Source: the human T2T-CHM13v2.0 reference genome, Homo sapiens
Length of the DNA stretch: 64,000 nucleotides
Reading direction: 5' to 3' (one strand)
Assembly (NCBI RefSeq): GCF_009914755.1
Contig: NC_060943.1
The translations under genes and the position numbers were made by a program. The notes under the pieces are model-generated. The model saw only the letters and a program-made list of their open reading frames with translations. It did not search any database and had not been told where the DNA came from. Positions 1 through 12,330 of the stretch are shown here, in pieces. The first letter of the stretch is position 1, and every line of letters begins with the position of its first letter.

Positions 1-872
1 TTCTACAAGTCTCGAATGATCTCTCAACCTCACTCACTTTTTGTTACTGTGCTCCAATTCAACATTTGCTTCCAGTTTCTGGACCTATTTTTGCCTTTCC
101 TCTACTGCCTACTCAGCTATCCCAATTTCTTAGCCCTGAGACCATTTTCCCATTCACTTCTCTTACAACATCCAAAAGGGACCTGCCTTTGTAGACAGAG
201 CCCTCACTCTCACTGGAAACTATCCCACTGCCCTCACTGACAGAGCTACCAAGCTCCTCTTCAATCTATATTGCCAACTATGATGACTCAAAACTCCCAT
301 ACCCCACCATCCAAGGTCTCATAACTCTCCATACCACAAGACTTGGCCAAGCCCCCTTATGCATCACCTCTTCCAATGGACACGTACACGTAGGCACCCT
401 CCTTCCCTCTGCCTGTAACTCAACCCGAACCATCTCTCACCCTTCCTCCCATATCTCACTCTGAGTGGATTATTCAGTCTCCCCTGAAGTCAACGGTCTC
501 TTTACTCAGCCCTTCTGCATTTCCTCCCTCCCACCTCTCAAACATGGAAACCCCTTCCTTGGACAGGAGTGCTCAAAGGGGTTTCTGTCTCTTTCTCACT
601 CTGGGTTGCTGAAGCTGAGCCAAGTCCCTCCAAGTGGGGAACCTACAAACTGCAACACCTACTCTCAATCCACCTGTCTGTTTGCATAAATACCTCAGGC
701 ATCTTCTTTCTCTGCGGGTCCACAACATACTTCTGTCTCCTTACTAACTGGACAGGCACTTGCGCCCTAGTCTGCCTTACTCCCAACATTAACATTGTCC
801 TTTCAAACCAGGAACTCCCTGTTCCAGCTACAATACATACCCACTCAAAAAGAACAATACAGTTGATTCCCT
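1..872 (+). mobile_element. Class I (gamma-like, HERV-H/F supergroup) ERV env fragment: SU C-terminus to start of fusion peptide, defective
   Basis: ORF 569-883 reads CINTSGIFFLCGSTTYFCLLTNWTGTCALVCLTPNINIV...ELPVP...HSKR|TIQLIP. This is the FFLCG..TY.CL..NWTGTC motif, a decayed furin site and the fusion-peptide start. It is cut off at about 872 by L1 sequence. Confidence 0.85.
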
Positions 873-937
873 ATTCACAATAGCAAAGACATGGACAGGC
901 CCTAAATGCCTATCAATGGATAAAGGAAACACGGTAT

Positions 938-1255
938 GGTCAGACGCGGTGGCTCATGCCTGTAATCCCAGCACTCTGGGAGGCTGAGGCAGGTGGATTG
1001 CCTGAGCTTAGAAGTTTGAGACCAGCCTGGGCAACAGGGCAAAATCCTGTCTCCATGCAAAATACAAAAATAGAAATTGGCCAGGTGTGGTAAAGCACAT
1101 GTGTAGTCCCCCCACACCAAGTACTTAGGAGGATGAGGTAGGAGACAATTGCTTGAGCCTGGGAGGTTGAGGCTAAAGTAAGCCAATATCATGCTATGAC
1201 ACTCTAGCCTGGGCCATAAGTGTGACCCTGTCTCCAAAAATAAAATAAAATAAAA
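938..1255 (+). mobile_element. Alu (old, AluJ-like)
   Basis: Dimeric Alu sequence with A-rich tail. Confidence 0.9.
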
Positions 1256-1385
1256 GATTTAGTAAAAACAAAATATGGTACATAAACATCGTGGAATACT
1301 CTGTGGCCATTAAAAAAAGTGATCATGTCCTTTGCAAAAACATCAGTGAACCTGGAGACCACTATTCTTAGAAAACTAACGGAGA

Positions 1386-1693
<308 letters not shown>

Positions 1694-2544
1694 AGAGAAA
1701 ACTAATACAGAAACAGAAAACCAAATGCATGTTATTATTTATAAGTAATAGCTAAATAATAAGAACACATGAACACAAAGAGAAGAACAACAGACACTGA
1801 GGCCTAGATGAGGGTGGAGGGTGGGAGGACTAAGAGGATGAGAAAACAGACCTGTTTGGTGCTACGGGTAGTACCTCAGTGACAAAATAATCTGCACACC
1901 AAACCCCCATGACATAATTTTAGCTGTAAAACAAAGACACATGTATATCCCGAACCAAAAATAAAAGCTAAAAGAAAAAATATCCCTGGATGGCAGAGTG
2001 CAATGTAGCTGAAAGGACTGATTTTCACTACAGATAGTGGCCCAGGTGGGGCTGTACTGATTTATTTCTGTGTGAATGCAGGCAGATGAGATCATGAACA
2101 GGTGGCCCAGAAGCTTAGGTTGGTGGAGAAAACAAGTTGCTGCTGCAGATTCAGTGTCTGAGGGTGGGGATATGCCAGAAGACTTGTAGACACTTGTGGG
2201 TTCTTGGCAAGAAACACTAGGATCAAAAATGCAGTGGTGAAGTTCCTGAGGGTGGTGCCTAGTCCTGGGAGGAGTGTGGACACATCAATGTCTAGTGTGT
2301 GTGTGTTTGTGAGTGGGTGGAAATCCTGTGGTGGCAGATGCAAGACAGGGGTGTCTGTTCTTAGAGGTCCTTTTCTCTAAGTTTTCAGTCTTCTGTCACC
2401 CTGGGAGAAGACCTGGAATCACAGGAAAATGGGCAGTGTGACAGCCTGTGTACAGGAGAGCAGAGCCTCCCATTTCCAGAAACCCAGAGTTTTACTCCAG
2501 GCCAGGCCTCCATAATATCTTTTTTTCTGGCACCAAATCTGTAG

Positions 2545-2880
2545 TTTGCTGAACATCAAACTATCCTCCAACACCAACTCATTGTCTAACATTTGAATTC
2601 TGACACCACCCAGAGTCAGCACAGACCCTGATTCAGGGCTCGGTCCCACAACACTGTCCTCACTGCAGATGCCAGCCACAAACCCCACAGGCCCATCTAT
2701 GCTTCGGAGCCACTATTTAAAAACTGGGGACTCCCATCGCCTCCCTGAAGTTCAATAATTTGGTAGAGCTACTCGCAGAACTCAGGAAAACACTGTAGTT
2801 ATGTTTACTGTTTTAATATATAAGATGCAGCCCAGGAAAAGCCAAGTGGAAGAAATGCATAGAACAAAGAAAAGAGATGG
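2545..2880 (-). mobile_element. MER21-family LTR fragment
   Basis: gaattctgacacc...cagatgccag...ctcgcagaactcaggaaaacac resembles the reverse strand of MER21-type LTRs. Confidence 0.5.
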
Positions 2881-3105
2881 GGGAAGATGAAACACATAGA
2901 TAATCCTGGAAAATATTTGTGATTAATAAAATTCTCCATCCTTTGTGTGCTCCAGGAACAGTTTATGGAAAGAAACACTCTTCCCATTATGACTTAGATA
3001 GTCCTCTGTTTTACCTATCACACAGCCAGACACACACTCTGCAGATTTTCTCCTTTTTCTCATTAGAAAAATCAGCTGAATTTGTCTTCAGTGATCAAAA
3101 TTATT

Positions 3106-3441
<336 letters not shown>

Positions 3442-3978
3442 TAGGCTCCTGAACTTTGAGCTACCCTCAGTCTGAGTCAACATACAACCCCATTTTATGT
3501 CCCTCCTAAGAGCATGCTGATTTCAGGGTAACACATTCTCTGATCTAAAATCTGACTTTTTCACCCTCCATTTGCCATTCCCCTCCCACCTACTTTCTAA
3601 TCTTGTTTGCTCCTCCCTAGGAAAGAAAGCCCTTTTCAGCCTACATCTTTGCAAGCCACAAAGACCTTCCTTATAGTTAGTTGGTACTTCCTCCTGTTGC
3701 AATAATTTTTTGGAATTTTTTTTACATAAATCTAACATTTTTATTTTACACAGTCTAAAAAATGCCTCAAAACAGTAACAACTTCATCATCAGTAAGAAC
3801 CTCCCAGTTTCCTTTCACCTTAATCTTAACTGCATCTGCCTGTGGGGCCCCAGCTTTCCAGGGCTCTGTAGCTTCTCTCAGAATAAAGGATCCTTCCATG
3901 GCTGGGGTGAGCAGGCTGGGACATCTGCAGTGGAGACTCCCCAGAAAAAAGTAACTGGGCCTTTAATAACCTTCTGTT

Positions 3979-4242
3979 GGCCGGGCTCGGTGGCTCATGC
4001 CTGTAATCACAGCACTTTGGGAGGTCGAGGTGGGCGGATCACCTAAGGTCGGGAGTTCGAGACCAGCCTGACCAACATGGACAAATCCCGTCTCTACTAA
4101 AAACACAAAATTAGCCGGGCGTGATGGTGCATGCCTGTAATTCCAGCTACTCCAGAGGTTGAAGTAGGAGAATTGCTTTAACCTGGGAGGCAGAGGCTGT
4201 GGTGAGCCAGATCACACCATTGCACTCCAGCCTGGGTGCACA

Positions 4243-4279
<37 letters not shown>
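3979..4279 (+). mobile_element. Alu whose tail carries a (CA)n microsatellite (about 4239-4279)
   Basis: ggccgggctcggtggctca...; cacacaca run. Confidence 0.9.
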
Positions 4280-4280
<1 letters not shown>

Positions 4281-4453
4281 AAAAACAAAAAACAAAACAA
4301 AACAAACAACCCTCTGTTGCAGGCTTAATATTAGCCTTAGCTTGGAATCACTAGGTTCAAGCTTTAATTTCCATGTCAGAGTTATTCACTTTGTTTTTGA
4401 AAGTAAGTGTTTGAAAATTCCAGTGAAATTACTCAAACACAGTGTTTATATAA

Positions 4454-4760
<307 letters not shown>

Positions 4761-4761
4761 C

Positions 4762-4936
4762 CGGGGATCCGACGCACAATCCCGGTTGGCTTACCCTTAA
4801 ACTTTTTCCAAATAGGGTAAACTCGTGATTTTGCGAGAAAAGGAGAAGGGGAAAGAAGAAGGGATAGGGTTGATTTACAGCTTTTACAACTTATGACCAG
4901 GAAGTTGTCTTTGAAGAGGAACTTCGTTGTCCCAAC
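4762..4936 (-). mobile_element. Partial MER61-type LTR (5' end), abutting an Alu left-arm fragment at about 4937-5016
   Basis: Reverse complement starts tgttgggacaacgaagttcctcttcaaag, like the MER61-type LTRs at 16420 and 28453. Confidence 0.55.
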
Positions 4937-5235
4937 AACTCCTTACCTCAAGTGATCCACCCACCTTGGCCTCCCAAAATGCTGGGATTACAGGCGTAAG
5001 CCACCTAGGCTCGCCCCATAAATTTTTAATAGGAGAAAAGAGAAACTGTCAACCCCATGGTCCAAAGCTCTTCCCATTCATGGACCCGCACCCCGAGTCA
5101 GGATTCTCCCCTGACCACCCTCCCGTGGTCCCTGCACAATCTGGGAGAGACGCCACACTGCAGGCGCAGAGCTGCCCAGACAGGGCTCCAGGCCAGGGCA
5201 CAGTCGCTGCACAGGGAAGAGGCAGGACACCCAGG

Positions 5236-6221
5236 TGTGGGGAAAAGGAAGAGAGATCAGATCGTTACTGTGACTATGTAGAAAAAGGAAGACAAAATAA
5301 ACTCCATTTTGATCTCTAGTAAGAAAAATTGTTCTGCCTTGAGATGCTGTTAATCTGTAACTTTCGTCCCTACCCTGTGCTCACAAAAACATGTGCTGTG
5401 TAGACTCAAGGTTTAATGGATCTAGGGCTGTGCAGGATGTGCTTTGTTAAAAATGTGATTGCACGCAGAATGCTTGGTGAAAGTCATCGCCATTCTCCAT
5501 TCTCTATTAACCAGAGACACAATGCACTGCGGAAGGCCGCAGGGACCCCTGCCCAAGAAAGCCTGGGTATTACACAGGTTTCCACTGACTGAGATAGCCT
5601 GAGATATGGCCTCATGGGAAGGGAAAGACCTTACAGCCCCCAAGCCCAACACCAGTAAAGGGTCTGTGCTGAGGAGGATTAGTGAAGAGGAAGGCCTCTA
5701 TGCGGTTAAGAGGAAGGCATCTGTCTCCTGCATGCCTCTGGGAATGGAATGACTTGGTGTAAAACCGACCATACATTCTATTCTGAGACAGAAGAAAACT
5801 GCCATATGGCTGGAGGCGAGACATGGTGGCGGCAATACTGCTCTGCTACTTTTTACCACAATGAGATGTTTATGTAAAGTTAAACATAAATCTAGCCTAC
5901 GTGCACATCCAGGCACAGCACCTTCCCTTAAACTTATATATGACACAGAGTCTTTCGCTTACGTTTTTCTGCTGACCCTCTCCCCACATTCACCCTATAG
6001 TTATGCCACATTCCCCTCGCCGAGATAGTAAAGATAGTGATCAATAAATACTGAGGGAACTCAGAGACCAGCGCGGGCGCAGGTCCTCACTTGCTGAGCG
6101 CCATCCACTGGGCCCACTTTTCTTCCTCTGTACTTTGTCTCCATGTCTTATTTCTTTTCTCAGTCTCTCATCTCCACCTTGCGAGAAATACCCATGGGTG
6201 TAGAGGGGCAGGCCCCCTTCA
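5236..6221 (+). mobile_element. HERV-K(HML-2) solo LTR (LTR5A/LTR5B type)
   Basis: Starts tgtggggaaaaggaagagagatcag, ends aggggcaggcccccttca, about 986 bp. 6-bp TSD cccagg/cccggg. Confidence 0.93.
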
Positions 6222-6411
6222 CCCGGGATTCTGGCTGTCAGCACAGCTGCCGTCTTATGGCTGAAGGGGACTGAGGCCAAGCTGGGCAAGGAGAACTCGG
6301 GCGCAGATTGTGGAGATTACTGTGGGGAGGCCTGAGTCCCGCCACAGCCACATCACCCCGGTTCCAACTAGCCCCTCCCTCACTCTCAGGATGTCGGACT
6401 GGCACTGTCAC

Positions 6412-6590
6412 TGTTTCTAGGCTTCCAGGGGGTCCTGGAGTCTTAGCTGTGGATCTCCCAAAACCTGCAGGTCAGAGGGACACAGAGCCTGGGCCTCTAG
6501 GAGCAGACGACACAGAGTAGTGAAGACCAGACCTGGAGCTCCCGCTGCAGCGAGAGACAAAGGCCCCACCAAACCCAGAAGTCGTCCTGT
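6412..6590 (-). pseudogene. Orphan ZNF91-family KRAB-ZNF exon 1 (5'UTR) with dead start codon
   Basis: Minus strand reads ...GGGAGATCCACAGCTAAGACTCCAGGACCCCCTGGAAGCCTAGAAACA|GTGACAGTGCC. The recalled family consensus is ...CCTAGAAATG|GTGAGAGTGCC. Family-typical intron 1 sequence continues leftward across the LTR5. Confidence 0.85.
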
Positions 6591-6790
6591 TCGCTTCAGC
6601 TTCATGCCTGATTTGAGGATTTCCTGCCCAGCGTCCCTGACTGGATAATGCTTAAGGCTCCGCCCCTTCAGGCCCTGAGTGACAGAAGATGTCATCAGAT
6701 GCTGGGCTGAGTGAAGAAAGACTGACAACCTAAGCTGCAGCCTTTTCAGGCAGGGTTTCCTCCCTGAGCTGAGCCAAGCCCACCCCAGAG
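6571..6790 (-). promoter_or_regulatory. Decayed KRAB-ZNF promoter: GC box intact, ETS and CCAAT boxes mutated
   Basis: ctccgcccct at 6658-6667 is intact. CCAGAAG (6575-6581) replaces CCGGAAG. tgatttga and tgactgga replace tgattgga. Confidence 0.7.
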
Positions 6791-7142
6791 CTTGGGGAAA
6801 TTCTCTCTCTTCTTTACTCTCTCTTTTTGAATTTATTCAAAAGGTGAACAGAAGTATTTTGCTTTCATATTAATAATACATAAAATTTTTGTTCAAGAGA
6901 AAATCAACTTTTACTTTGGTAGTAGTGTATTTTGAATACTAAAGCTAATTTTAATAAACCTTATAAATAAATCAAATTTGTCATTTTTGACCTCTCAAGA
7001 TTTACATATATATTTTGTAATCTCTTGTAATTTTTTAAATTTTTTCTATTTTGTTTTTACCTATATTCTTTTTATTATTTCAATTCAAAACAACCTTTAA
7101 GTAATTTCAAACTGTTATAGGAGATAGAAAGAAGTCATTTAG

Positions 7143-7365
7143 GGCCAGCCACGGTGACTCACGCCTGTAATCCCAACACTTTGGGAGGCCAAGGTGGACA
7201 GATCACTTGAGGTCAGGAGTTTGAGACGAGCCTGGCCAACATGGTGAAACCCCATCTCTACCAAAAATACAAAAAATTACCCAGGCGTGGTGGTGCACAC
7301 CTGTAGTCCCAGCTACTCTGGAGGATGAGGCAGGAGAATCAATTGAACCCAGGAGGCAGAGGTTG
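7143..7365 (+). mobile_element. Alu truncated by an LTR insertion
   Basis: Alu stops at gaggttg, followed directly by tgtaatggcccaagg. Confidence 0.9.
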
Positions 7366-7433
7366 TGTAATGGCCCAAGGAGTTCACCTTGCCCTTTGCC
7401 TAGACAGAGCCAATTAATCAAGATGGGGGAATT
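7366..7433 (-). mobile_element. Terminal 68 bp of an LTR8-like ERV1 LTR
   Basis: tgtaatggcccaaggagttcaccttgccctttgcctagacagagccaattaatcaaga matches the recalled reverse 3' end of LTR8. Confidence 0.6.
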
Positions 7434-7896
7434 TGTGGAGGAAAAGTTAAATATTAAATTTGAACTTAATTGAACATGGACACAAACAATAGTCAACAAG
7501 TCATGGAACAGGTTGTGTGAGCCCCTTGAGGCATTCATCCAGCGCTGTTTTGGAGAAATCTCTATTTTAATCTATTCCTATACATTAGTTATTGAAAAAC
7601 AATAGACAATCGCAAAAAAAGTTGATCTTCTTGTGTTTCTTGAGCCCAGTCGTGAAGGGCCCTCGTGACTGGGCCTCATGCCAAACAACTCGTTACAAAA
7701 AGAGCTAGGATCCCAGACTGCACCGAAGTTTTGTGAGACCTCTCCTTGTCTGTGCACGGATGGCTGGATGACTCTGGAGCCCAAGCTGTTGCTTCCCAGT
7801 CTGGTGGTGAACCCTCCATAGTCCGATGAGTGTGGTGTCCAACTCTGGAGCCCAGCCTGTTGCTTCCTGGTCTGGTGGTGAGTCTCCATAGTCTGG
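7434..7896 (+). mobile_element. Extra partial LTR66-like LTR in tandem before the provirus
   Basis: Starts tgtggaggaaaagttaaatattaaatttgaac. It is homologous to the LTR that begins at 7897 and lacks its 3' end. Confidence 0.85.
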
Positions 7897-8422
7897 TGTG
7901 GAGGCAAATTTGAATATTAAATTTGAACTAATTGAATGTGGACACAAACAATGGTCACCAAGTCCTGGCACAGGTTGTGTGAGCCCATTCAGGGGTTCAT
8001 CCAGTGCTGTTTAGGAGAAATCTCTATTTCAATCTATTCCTATACATTCGTTATTGAGAAACAATAGACAATCACAAAAACAAGTTGACCTTTTTGTGTT
8101 CCTTGAGCCCAGTCGTGAAGGGCCCTCATGACTAAGCCCCATGCCAAAAAACTTGTTACAAAAGAGCTAGGGTCCCAGACTGCACTGAAGATTCATGAGA
8201 GCTCTCCTCTTCTGTGCACAGATGAGTGGCCGACTCTGGAGCCCAGGTTGTTTCTTCCCAGTCTGGTGGTGAATCCTCCATAGCCTGGTGAGTGTAAATA
8301 TATATATATCTCTTTTCCATTCTCCTCTTCCCATCACAATTTGCTTATTATATCAATCTGCTTATTATATTGATTTGCCTATTATATCATTTGCCCATTA
8401 TATCATTTGTTTATTATATCTG

Positions 8423-9426
8423 TGTAGGGTCCAGCCCCATAGGGTTGGTGGGTTTTTCTCCCTGTGTGCAGAGATGAGAGAGTGTAGAAATAAAGACACA
8501 AGACGAAGAGATAAAAGAAAAGACAGCTGGGCCCGGGGGACAACTACTACCAAGATGCAGAGACCGGTAGTGGCCCCGAATGCCAGGCTGCACTGATATT
8601 TATTGGATACAAGACAAAGGGGCAGGGTAAGGAGTGTGAGCCATCTCCAATGATAGGTAAGGTCATAAGAATCACGTGTCCTTTGGACAGGGGGCGCTTT
8701 CCTGCCTGGCAGCCAAGGCAGAGAGAGAGAGGTGAGAGAGAGACAGCTTATGCCATTATTTCTGCTTATCAGAGACTTTTAGTACTTTCACTAATTTGCT
8801 ACTGTTATCTAAAAGGCAGAGCCAGGTGTACAGGATGGAACCTGAAAGCAGACTAGGAGCGTGACCACTGAAGCACAGCATCACAGGGAGACGGTTAGGC
8901 CTCCAGACAACTGCAGGCAGGCCTGACTGATGTCAGGCCCTCCACAAGAGGTGGAGGAGTAGAGTCTTCTCTAAACTCCCGCAGGGAAAGGGAGACTCCC
9001 TTTCCCAGTCTGCTAAGTAGCAGGTGTTTTTCCTTGACACTGACTTTACCGCTAGACCATGGTCCGCTCGGCAACGGGCATCTTCCCAGATGCTGGCGTT
9101 ACCCGCTAGACCAAGGAGCCCTCTGGTGGCCTTGTCTGGGCATAACAGAAGGCTCACACTTGTCTTCTGGTCACTTCTCACTATGTCCCCTCAGCTCCTA
9201 TCTCTGTATGGCCTGGTTTTTCCTAGGTTATGATTGTAGAGTGAGGATTACTATAATATTGGAATAAAGAATAATTGCTATAAACTAATGATTAATGATA
9301 TTCATATATAATCATATCTAAGATCTATATCTAGTATAACTATTCTTATTTTATATATTTTATTATACTGGAACAGCTCGTGCCATCAGTCTCTTGCCTT
9401 GGCACCTGGGTGGCTTGCCACCCACA
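8423..9426 (-). mobile_element. HERV-K(HML-4) LTR13 solo LTR inserted in the proviral 5' LTR
   Basis: Reverse complement starts tgtgggtggcaagccacccaggtgccaaggcaagag and ends ggaccctaca. Perfect TSD tatctg (8417-8422, 9427-9432). Confidence 0.9.
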
Positions 9427-9526
9427 TATCTGCATTGCCATTTATGTGGTATAAGGCTTGTTACCCTTAAAAGTATTGTGTGTATCTTTTCTTCTCCTCT
9501 TGCATGTTTCCCACCCAGAACATTTT

Positions 9527-9544
9527 TGGTGTCACAAACAGGAT
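9527..9544 (+). promoter_or_regulatory. Primer-binding site complementary to tRNA-Ser(CGA)
   Basis: TGGTGTCACAAACAGGAT versus TGGCGTCACGAACAGGAT. The differences are CpG transitions. Confidence 0.8.
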
Positions 9545-11221
9545 TTGAAAACAAAAGGTGCAGGTTTTGGCCAGAAGGACAGGGCTGGAGGCTTGGGGAC
9601 TTCCCATATATCGGGATGGGAACTCCACCAGTTCTCCCCCATGGCAACCGAATGGTCAAGGGGAACTGGCCTTTGTGGGAATTGAGAATTAAATTAGTGC
9701 AATTTAAACCTTTGACTGTGCGGGAAGTGCTGCAGGAGATTCCAGTCAGCAAAGGAGATGCTGAGGGATCCCCTGGAGTCGATGGTGTTTGCTTACTGCT
9801 AATAAATTAATGTATCAAGAGAGGGGCTGGTTGCTACAAGATATTTTAAGTTGGAAAAGAAAAATGCTAGTGTGATTTCCAGACTGGCCCTGGCCCAATG
9901 CCAGGCCTATATCTTGACTGATCAGGCTCAAAGCTATCACCCTATTACTGAAAAAAGCAGCCGTCCGAATGGCTCGGTTAGGTTAAAACTGAAGAGCTAG
10001 TTTGCTGGGGCTTGGAGCAGGTAAAAACCCAGCTCCTACCTCCAGGATGGGAAATTAAACTTAGTAAAATTCAAGGACCTGCATAAACTGTAAAATTCCT
10101 TGGCATCCTATGGAATGCAGAGATATAGTCCATTTTACAAAAGGCTAAGGCTAAAATATTAGAATTTGCAAACCCTACTACTTAAAAGGAGGCCCAGACA
10201 TTTATTGGCTGGTTTAGATTCTGGAGACATCATATTCCCCACTTGGGTAACATTTTACAACCTCTGCATGCAGCCACTAGAAAACGCTATGACTTTCACT
10301 GGGGAAAGAAGGAGAACATGGCTTCTGAACAAGCTAAATGAGTGGGTCAACTGGCCCTGGATCTATGGCCCATACAGGATGGGCCAGGAGAACTGCAAGT
10401 AACTGTCCTAGATCAAAATGCTAATTGGAGCCTTAGGCAGAAACAAGGTGGGAAGAGGGTACCTTTCAGGTTTTGGACCCAGAAACTGCCAGAGGCCGGA
10501 AAAGCTTATACCCCTTTCAAGAAGCAATTGTTAGCTTCTTATTGGGCTTTGCTGGAAACAGAACACCTCTGCTTCAACCATGATGTCTTTATGAGGCCCG
10601 AAACTCCTATTATGACTTGGCTCATGAGTTCCCCCAAAACCCACCAGATAGGGCATGCCCAAGAAGGAGCATCATAAAATGGACGTGGTACATACAAGAC
10701 CAGGCTAAGCCAAAACCAAAGTGGGTATCACTTTTACATGAGGATGCACAAAACCTGCCAGCTCAGGAAATCATGGAGCAAGTCCTGCAGGTAGGGAAGG
10801 AAATCCCCTCACTCCCACCCAGTGGGGCAAATCCTTTGAAGAACTAAGCCCAGAGGATCAGAAACATGCTTGATTTACAGACGGATCCGCCAAATACATT
10901 GGTGGGACCTGATGCTGGAAGGCTGTGGCTTATAATCCTGTTAAAAACATAAAAATTTCTGATGAAGGAAGGGGTGGGAGCAGCGAGTTAGCTGAACTAG
11001 TAGCCATCCTTCAAGCTATTCAGGAGGAAGGCAGAGGGATTTCTCACTTGTATACCAAATCTTGGTCAGTACCAAATGGTCTTTCTACCTGGAAGCCCCA
11101 ATGACAATGAAACAAATGGTTAATTCAGAATAAAGAGGTTTGGGGACAACAATACTTGGAAGATATCTCAATCCATTGCACACTGCCATTATCACTGTTT
11201 CACTGTTATCACTGTTTCAAC

Positions 11222-12330
11222 AAGGTTTCACCATGTTGGCCAGGATGGTCTCGATCTCCTGATCTCGTGATCCGCCCACCTCAGCCTCCCAAAGTGCTGG
11301 GATTACAGGCGTCAGCCACCATGTGGGGGAAAGAAAGAGAGATCAGACTGTTACTGTGTCTATGTAGAAAAAGGAAGACATAAGAAACTCCATTTTGATC
11401 TGTACTAAGAAAAATTCTTCTGTCTTAAGATACTGTTAATCTGTAACCCCAGCCCCAACCCTGTGCCCGCAGAAACATGTGCTGTATTGACTCAAGATTT
11501 AATGTATTTAGGGCTGTACAGGATGTGCTTTGTTAAAAATGTCTTTGCAGACAGTATGCTTGGTAAAAGTCATCGCCATTCTCCAGTCTCCCGTACCCAG
11601 GGACACAATGCACTGCGGAAAGCCGCAGGGACCTCATGCCCAAGAAAGCCTGGGTATCGTCCAAGGTTTCCCCCCACTGAGACAGCCTGAGATATGGCCT
11701 CATGGGAAGGGAAAGACCTGACCATCCCCCAGCCCGACACCCATAAAGGGTCTGTGCTGAGGAGGATTAGTGAAAGAGGAAGGCCTCTTTGCAGTTGAGA
11801 TAAGAGGAAGGTATCTGTCTCCTGCTCATCGCTGGGAATGGAATGTCTCGGTGTAAAACCTGATCATACATTCTATTTACTGAGATAGGAGAAAATCACC
11901 TTATGGCTGGAGGTGAGACATGCTGGCGACAATACTGCTCTTTACGACACTGAGATGTTTGTGTAAAGTCAAACATAAATCTGTCCTACGTGCACATCAA
12001 GGCACAGCACCTTTCCTTAAACTTATTTATGACACAAAGTCCTTTGCTCACATGTTTTCCTGCTGACCCTCTCCCCACCATTACCCTGTAGTCGTACCAC
12101 ATCCCCCTCACTGAGATGAAAGAGATAGTGATCAATAAATACTGAGGGAACTTAGAGACCAGTGCCGGGTGCGGGTCCTCCGTATGCTGAGCGCCGGTCC
12201 CCTGGGTCCACCTTTCTTCCTCTATACTTTGTCTCTGTGTCTTATTTCTTTTCTCAGTCTCTCATCTCCACCTTGTGAGAAACACCCACAGGTGTGGAGG
12301 GGCAGGCCCCCTTCACCACCATGTGCAGCC
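11222..12330 (-). mobile_element. Truncated Alu in ERV pol, split by LTR5 (Alu parts 11222-11321 and 12316-12330)
   Basis: Only the Alu left arm remains. The full-length paralog is at 42810-43127. Confidence 0.85.
11322..12315 (+). mobile_element. HERV-K(HML-2) solo LTR (LTR5A/LTR5B type)
   Basis: tgtgggggaaagaaagagagatcagac...ggggcaggcccccttca, with perfect TSD ccacca. Confidence 0.93.

Noticed and set aside
9527-9549. tRNA gene
   Set aside because: Only an 18-23 nt retroviral primer-binding site.
5236-12315. Two LTR5s as the ends of one HML-2 provirus
   Set aside because: Each has its own TSD, and the intervening DNA is not HML-2.
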